Positions 58,760 to 64,000 of a stretch of 64,000 nt of DNA are shown one piece after another; position 1 is the stretch's first letter, and each line of letters opens with the position of its first letter. The stretch lies in NCBI GenBank assembly GCA_050331455.1, contig JBHJGV010000061.1:1136-65135 (forward strand), in the 5' to 3' direction. The notes below the pieces were generated by a model, which was not told where the DNA came from, did no database searches, and was given only the letters and a program-made list of their open reading frames with translations. Both the position numbers and the translations under genes were made by a program. The stretch comes from Alphaproteobacteria bacterium. Its GTDB lineage: Bacteria; Pseudomonadota; Alphaproteobacteria; JAJFIK01.

Positions 58760-59138
58760 TCAGGCCTTGTCCCCGTCGGCCTTCGGAGCAGCCTTCGGGG
58801 GCTTGGGTCCCATGCCGAGTTCCACCTCCCGAGGCACGGCGTAGAGTTCGAAAACATCGTGGTGCCGGCGCAGACCGCACAATTCGCGCTGGATGATGAA
58901 GAACCACAGCCGCTCCCGGGCCTCGGCCAGCAGATCGGCCCGGCGCTCCGCATCCTCTTGCGCCAAGGGCGCATCCACCTGTGCCGCGTCGAACGCGCTC
59001 AGATCGGCCAGGGCCTGAACGAGCAGCTTGGCCGCGCCCCAGCGAGGCGGCCATCTCCTCCATCATTTCGTACTGGAGCGGATTGGGGCCCAGCGGGTTC
59101 TTGGAGGGCGATAGATCCTGCGGCGGCCTGACAGCCAT
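58760..59138 (-). pseudogene. DUF6665-like gene split by a frameshift near 59035
   Basis: MAVRPP..LQYEMMEEMAASLGR in one frame continues as AAKLLVQALADLSAFD..LWFFIIQRELCGLR in another frame. Confidence 0.7.
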
Positions 59139-59158
59139 GGCACCGTTCCTCCTGCGCC

Positions 59159-59602
59159 CTAACCGGCCGTCGGTCTACCGGCCGCCACGCGCCATAGCCC
59201 TGTGGCAGTCATCAGGGGCCGCGCTGGATCCGGACCGGCCTCGACAATGTCGCCGGCAAGGAAAATGATCGACCGGGTGCGCCGTGTGATGCGCGCCGCG
59301 CCCTCCAGAACCGCCCCGGCCGGCGCCTCGGCCAGGAATTCGCAGGTCACCGACAGGCTCCCCGGCGCGGGTGCCGCAGGATCGGGGTAAAGGCAGGTGC
59401 CAAGCAGCACATGGGCAAATGTCATCAGCACACCGCCATGGACCATGCCCCGCCCGTCGTCATGGGTTGCCCCTGTTTCAAAGCGCAGCAGGTCAGCGCC
59501 CTCCGGCCCTGCTCCGGCCAGACGGGTCATCATGCCGAGGGCCGAGGCGAAACCGGCGGCGGGGGCCATGGCTGGGGCGGTGGTCACGGGGCCGTCCTCC
59601 AA
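59159..59602 (-). CDS. PaaI family hotdog-fold thioesterase
   Basis: G.VHGG motif, CEFL, GAARITRRTRSIIF; start uncertain. Confidence 0.75.
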   Translation of the reverse strand: MEDGPVTTAPAMAPAAGFASALGMMTRLAGAGPEGADLLRFETGATHDDGRGMVHGGVLMTFAHVLLGTCLYPDPAAPAPGSLSVTCEFLAEAPAGAVLEGAARITRRTRSIIFLAGDIVEAGPDPARPLMTATGLWRVAAGRPTAG

Positions 59603-59621
59603 ATACAGACCGCACTGATGA

Positions 59622-60518
59622 TCACAAACCGAAATGGTCGAGTGCGGCTTTGGCGATCGGACCGCCCGATTCCTGAACGAAATGGCCTTCGTCGACTTTC
59701 ATGGGGTCCGGGCAGTTGCGAATGAAGCCGCGGGTCTCCGTCATGACATCCGTGCCCAGAACGATATCCTTAACGCCGACGGCCATGAAGCTCTCGCCGG
59801 TCCAGTCCCGGGACAGGAACGCGCGCGCGCCCTTCGAGGTCCCCACGCCTTCCATATCCGGGCTCACCATCACAAGCTCCGGGAAACGGCGCACACCGGC
59901 CTTGTAACGCTGGTCTGGATAGGGCGCGTCATAGGCTGCGGCCTCCTCCGGCGTCAGGCCCTCGACGGCCCGGCCCATCAGCGCACCGATCTTCATGTCC
60001 GGGTTGCGCGCCGAGAACGCCTTCCAATTGTCGAAGCCCTCGCCAGGGCTTTTGCCGATGGCCAGCGTTGTATTCATGACAATCAGGCGGGTGATGCGAT
60101 CCGGCAGGGCCATGGGCAGGGTGAGACCCAGCAGCCCGCCCCAATCCTGGACCACAAGGCATACATTGCGCAGATCCATGACCGCCAGGAAGCGCAGCAG
60201 CGACTGGCGGTGGAAATCAAAGGTATAGACGGCATCCTCGACCGGTTTGTCGGAGCGGCCGAAGCCAAAAAAGTCCGGCGCCACCACCCGGTGCCCCCGC
60301 GCCGTGAAGACGGGGATCATCTTCCTGTAAAGATAGCTCCAGGTGGGCTGTCCGTGGAGGCATAGGAACGTGACGGCCGCATCCGGTGGACCCTCATCGA
60401 GATAATGGAGGCGCAAGCCCTCATAGCCCTGGAGACCCTCAACATAACGCGGCGCGAAGGTGAAGCCCGGCAGAGCGGCGAAACGCTCATCGGGCGTGCG
60501 CAGGACAGTCTCGGACAT
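59622..60518 (-). CDS. Haloalkane dehalogenase
   Basis: LRTPDERF, HYLDEGP, HGQPTWSYLYRKM, GFGRSDKP, QDWGG, GHFVQE. Confidence 0.92.
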   Translation of the reverse strand: MSETVLRTPDERFAALPGFTFAPRYVEGLQGYEGLRLHYLDEGPPDAAVTFLCLHGQPTWSYLYRKMIPVFTARGHRVVAPDFFGFGRSDKPVEDAVYTFDFHRQSLLRFLAVMDLRNVCLVVQDWGGLLGLTLPMALPDRITRLIVMNTTLAIGKSPGEGFDNWKAFSARNPDMKIGALMGRAVEGLTPEEAAAYDAPYPDQRYKAGVRRFPELVMVSPDMEGVGTSKGARAFLSRDWTGESFMAVGVKDIVLGTDVMTETRGFIRNCPDPMKVDEGHFVQESGGPIAKAALDHFGL

Positions 60519-60623
60519 GGGAACGGCCTCCCCGGCGGCTTCATGATTGATCCGTTTCCGGGACCATACCAGCCTGCGGCCGCGCGCCAAAACCCTGCCC
60601 CAACACCCTTTCGGTTTGGCGAA

Positions 60624-60929
60624 TCAGGCCATGCCGAGGGCGGCGAGATAGACATCGAGCAGGCTTTCCTGCTCGTCGCGCTCGTGCTTGTCCATTTTAC
60701 GGATCTTGATGACTTGGCGCAGGATCTTGGCATCGAACCCGTTGGCCTTTGCCTCCGCGTAGATGTCCTTGATGTCCGACGCGATCGCGGCTTTTTCCTC
60801 TTCCAGGCGCTCGATCCGTTCAATGATGGATTTGAGCTGGCCGGAGGAAACGCCGCCCACATGCTGCGGACTTGCAGCTTCGGTGACGTGTTCGCTGGCG
60901 CCGTTCGGGGCGGCAGAATCCATGGTCAT
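60624..60929 (-). CDS. gapR: DUF2312/UPF0335 GapR-like nucleoid-associated protein
   Basis: [46 protein letters not shown]. Confidence 0.9.
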   Translation of the reverse strand: MTMDSAAPNGASEHVTEAASPQHVGGVSSGQLKSIIERIERLEEEKAAIASDIKDIYAEAKANGFDAKILRQVIKIRKMDKHERDEQESLLDVYLAALGMA

Positions 60930-61053
60930 GGGGGTGCTCCTGTCGAGGAAACCTGTTGGTGCGTCCTTGTCATCCGCCGGAGCGGCGCGCGCCGCGTGGC
61001 GACCGGTCAGGATGGCCGCAGACCCTCCCGTGCGCGGCAACCCTTTTGATAGC

Positions 61054-61092
61054 CTGATTCGGTCTCGCTGATTCGGTCTCGCTGATTCGGTC
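61054..61092. repeat. 14-bp tandem repeat CTGATTCGGTCTCG x2.8, each unit containing GANTC
   Basis: Units start at 61054, 61068 and 61082, read directly. Confidence 0.9.
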
Positions 61093-61172
61093 CCGGGAAG
61101 CACGATACGTGGCAGAAAGGGGCTGAGTCGGGCCTATGCTGGGAAAATTCGATGCTTCAAGGGAGAGTTGCA

Positions 61173-62039
61173 ATGGCCTACCGACCCCTGTTTCGCGCTG
61201 TCGCGGCAGCATTTGCAGTCTTCACGTTGCTCGGCGTTGCAGCTCAGCCAACACAGGCCCACGGGCCCGGACCCGACGGACACGCCGCAGAGGCGCGCTA
61301 TCTCGGCAACGAAGGCGTGCTCGTCATTCACGGGGAGACCAAGGTTCTGTTCGACGCGTTTTATCGCCAGGGCTTCGGGCAATATGCTCTGGTGCCGGAC
61401 AATCTGGAGCGCGCTTTGCTCGAAGGGAGCGCCCCGTTTAACGGGGTGGACGCGCTGTTCGTCTCCCATTTCCACGGTGACCATTTCACGCCGCGGCCGG
61501 TGCTCGCCTTCCTGCGCTCCCAGCCGGAGGTCCCGCTCTTCGCCCCGCTTCAGGCGGTGGACCTCCTGCGCGAGGCGGTCGCGGCGGACGATCCGGTCCT
61601 TGACCGGGTGAACGCCGTGGCTTTGACGCCAGGGGATCCACCCTTTCAGACCACGCTGGGAGCCCTTTTGATCGAGGCGGTGGCCATTCCCCACAGCGGG
61701 GGCGCGCGCCGGGCCTCGGTCCAGAACCTCGCCTGGCGGGTCACCCTGGACGGCGACGCCACCGCCGCCCATTTCGGCGATGCGGACCCGGCCGATATCC
61801 ATTTCGCGCCGTATCAGGCGTATTGGGACGCCCGGGTCACCCATGTGGCTTTCCCGCCCTACTGGTTCTTCGGAACGGAAAACGGACGGGCGATCCTCTC
61901 AGACCGGATCAAAGCCAGACAGGCCATCGGCGTCCATGTGCCCCACCGCGCCGCCCGCGATCCGGATGCCTGGAGTCATCGCCTCGACGCCGACCTCTTC
62001 ACATCTCCCGGCGACATCCGCGTGATTGCGCTCGAATGA
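61173..62039 (+). CDS. Exported MBL-fold metallo-hydrolase
   Basis: Signal peptide, YLGNEGV, SHFHGDH, HFGDAD, GVH; GGAGAG SD. Confidence 0.85.
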   Translation: MAYRPLFRAVAAAFAVFTLLGVAAQPTQAHGPGPDGHAAEARYLGNEGVLVIHGETKVLFDAFYRQGFGQYALVPDNLERALLEGSAPFNGVDALFVSHFHGDHFTPRPVLAFLRSQPEVPLFAPLQAVDLLREAVAADDPVLDRVNAVALTPGDPPFQTTLGALLIEAVAIPHSGGARRASVQNLAWRVTLDGDATAAHFGDADPADIHFAPYQAYWDARVTHVAFPPYWFFGTENGRAILSDRIKARQAIGVHVPHRAARDPDAWSHRLDADLFTSPGDIRVIALE

Positions 62040-62094
62040 CCGCCGACATTTTCCAGCCGGCGAAAGATCATGGGCGCGTTGGAGCGTGGCCCCC

Positions 62095-63582
62095 TTATGT
62101 GCCGCAGAAGGTGGCGACGACGCGTTCATCCGGGCGCGGAGGGGTCGCATAGTCGGCATGGTCGGGCTGGGGAACAAAGGGATGGGCCAGGATCTCCACC
62201 AGCCGATGGAAGGGGCCGAAATCCCCGGCCGTGACGGCGGCCGTAATCGCTTCCTCAATGCGGTGATTGCGCGGGATGAACAGCGGGTTGGCGCTGTCCA
62301 TCAGGGCCTTGCGGGCGGCCGCATCCATCGGCTCGGCGGCGAGACGGGTGCGCCAGCGGGGCAACCACTCATCGAGATCCTCGGCTCGGTCGAACTGGGC
62401 GCGCAGGGCCGTCTCGTCGGCCCCGTCTTCCACCGCGTCGCTCAGATGGCGGAAAGCCAGGGTGAAATCCGCATGGCCCCGGGCCATGGCCGCCAGGAAA
62501 TCAGCCGCGAGTTCCGCATCCGCATCCTTCGCGGTCTCGGCAAGGCCGATCTTGCGGCGCATGCCGTCGGTCCAATAGGCCTCGAACCGGCCCGTGAAAT
62601 TCATCACCGCTTCCGTGGCGATGTCGATGGCCCGTTGCCGGTCCGAATCGATCAGGGGCAGGAGCGTCTCGGCGAGGCGCGCCAGGTTCCATTGTGCGAT
62701 TCCCGCCTGGTTGGAGAACGCGTAGCGCCCGCCATGGTCAATGGAGGAAAACACCTTGCCCGGGTGGTAGACATCAAGAAAGGCACAGGGCCCGTAATCG
62801 ATGGTCTCGCCGGAGATCGTCATATTGTCCGTGTTCATCACCCCGTGGATGAAGCCCACCTGCATCCAACGGGCCACAAGGGCCGCCTGCCGGTCGATCA
62901 CGCCGTTCAGAAAGGCGAGATACGCGTTGTCCGCGTCCCGGGCGCGCGGGTCGTGGCGGTCGATGGCGTAGTCGGCGAGGGTCTTGACACCCTCTTCATC
63001 ACCCTGGGGGGCGAAAAACTGGAACGTCCCCACACGGATATGGCTGGCGGCGACCCGGGTCAGCACACCGCCGGGCAGAATGTCTTCGCGAAAGACCCGC
63101 TCCCCCGTGGTCACAGCCGCCAGCGACCGGGTCGTGGGGATGCCAAGGGCATTCATCGCCTCACTGACGATATATTCGCGCAGGACCGGTCCGAGGGCCG
63201 CGCGCCCGTCCCCGCGGCGGGAAAAGGGCGTGGGTCCGGAGCCCTTGAGTTGGATATCCCGGCGGCGGCCCTGCCCGTCCACCACCTCGCCCAGCAGGAG
63301 GGCCCGCCCATCGCCCAGCTGGGGCACGAAATTGCCGAACTGGTGACCGGCATAGGCCATCGCCAACGGCTCGGCGCCCTCGGGCCGCCGATTGCCCGAG
63401 AATAAAGCGGCCAGATCGGCGTCACCCGCAGTGCCCCGGTCGATCCCAAGGTCTGTGGCGAGGGCTTCGTTCCAGCGGATCAGCGCCGGCTGGGACACCG
63501 GCGTCGGGTCGAGCCGCGCATGGAACCGGTCCGGCAACCGCGCATAACTGTTTTCAAACCGCACCGCCAAACCCTGCGCCAT
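62095..63582 (-). CDS. selO: Protein adenylyltransferase SelO (YdiU family)
   Basis: [42 protein letters not shown]-terminal TFCGT. Confidence 0.95.
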   Translation of the reverse strand: MAQGLAVRFENSYARLPDRFHARLDPTPVSQPALIRWNEALATDLGIDRGTAGDADLAALFSGNRRPEGAEPLAMAYAGHQFGNFVPQLGDGRALLLGEVVDGQGRRRDIQLKGSGPTPFSRRGDGRAALGPVLREYIVSEAMNALGIPTTRSLAAVTTGERVFREDILPGGVLTRVAASHIRVGTFQFFAPQGDEEGVKTLADYAIDRHDPRARDADNAYLAFLNGVIDRQAALVARWMQVGFIHGVMNTDNMTISGETIDYGPCAFLDVYHPGKVFSSIDHGGRYAFSNQAGIAQWNLARLAETLLPLIDSDRQRAIDIATEAVMNFTGRFEAYWTDGMRRKIGLAETAKDADAELAADFLAAMARGHADFTLAFRHLSDAVEDGADETALRAQFDRAEDLDEWLPRWRTRLAAEPMDAAARKALMDSANPLFIPRNHRIEEAITAAVTAGDFGPFHRLVEILAHPFVPQPDHADYATPPRPDERVVATFCGT

Positions 63583-63660
63583 GCCTCGATCCTTTCCCGG
63601 TGTGCTCGCCGCCGTTAGGGACATAACCATAAAGCGGTCGCCAACAAGCGGGAACAGGCC

Positions 63661-64000
63661 ATGAAACAGAGTTTATCCGCCGTCACCCTCCTCGTGCCGG
63701 ACTATGACGACGCCATCGCTTTCTATGTGGGCATGCTCGGGTTCATCCTGGTCGAGGACAGCCCCCTGACGCCGGACAAGCGCTGGGTGCGTGTCGCGCC
63801 GACGAACGAGAGCGCCGCGCAGGGGTGCTGTCTTTTGTTGGCCAAGGCCGCCACACGAGACCAGGCCCGTGCCATCGGCAACCAGACGGGGGGCCGCGTG
63901 TTTCTTTTTCTGCAAACGGATGATTTTGATCGGGACTATGCCCGCTACCGCGCTGCGGGCGTCGCATTTGCGGAACGGCCCCGCGACGAGCCCTATGGCC
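63661..64000 (+). CDS. VOC (glyoxalase) family protein (3' partial, not in ORF track)
   Basis: [51 protein letters not shown]. Confidence 0.9.
   Translation, partial: MKQSLSAVTLLVPDYDDAIAFYVGMLGFILVEDSPLTPDKRWVRVAPTNESAAQGCCLLLAKAATRDQARAIGNQTGGRVFLFLQTDDFDRDYARYRAAGVAFAERPRDEPYG

Noticed and set aside
61054-61092. Repeat considered as a CRISPR array or iterons
   Set aside because: Units are contiguous with no spacers, and no cas or rep genes are present
1-64000. tRNA, rRNA, IS, integrase, toxin-antitoxin or defence systems
   Set aside because: None recognisable by eye; tRNAscan, Rfam and DefenseFinder would be needed to exclude them formally

Overview
GC-rich alphaproteobacterial chromosomal segment, judged from class I LysRS, DUF952-pyrD, a GapR/DUF2312 gene, uvrB and an RpoH-type promoter. 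It carries about 54 tightly packed genes. I found no rRNA, tRNA, CRISPR array, prophage or IS element. Housekeeping and stress genes (uvrB, lysS, pyrD, moeA, htpX, cbpA/cbpM, mnmC, DsbD-like, selO, photolyase) are mixed with several unusual architectures. These are: (1) an exported redoxin-cytochrome c-PHM/DBH-type copper monooxygenase-EF-hand protein with all six copper ligands, divergent from an ABC-2 permease-M1 aminopeptidase fusion transporter; (2) a family-5 solute-binding protein fused to its DppB permease through an extra membrane helix; (3) a heme-oxygenase-fold protein lacking the catalytic motifs; (4) orphan mrpE-mrpG and phnM/phnF/DUF1045 modules; (5) a photolyase whose conserved N-terminus implies a non-canonical ATC start; (6) a GANTC-containing 14-bp tandem repeat upstream of gapR; (7) a frameshifted DUF6665-like gene. 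All calls come from motif recognition by eye; no database searches were run.
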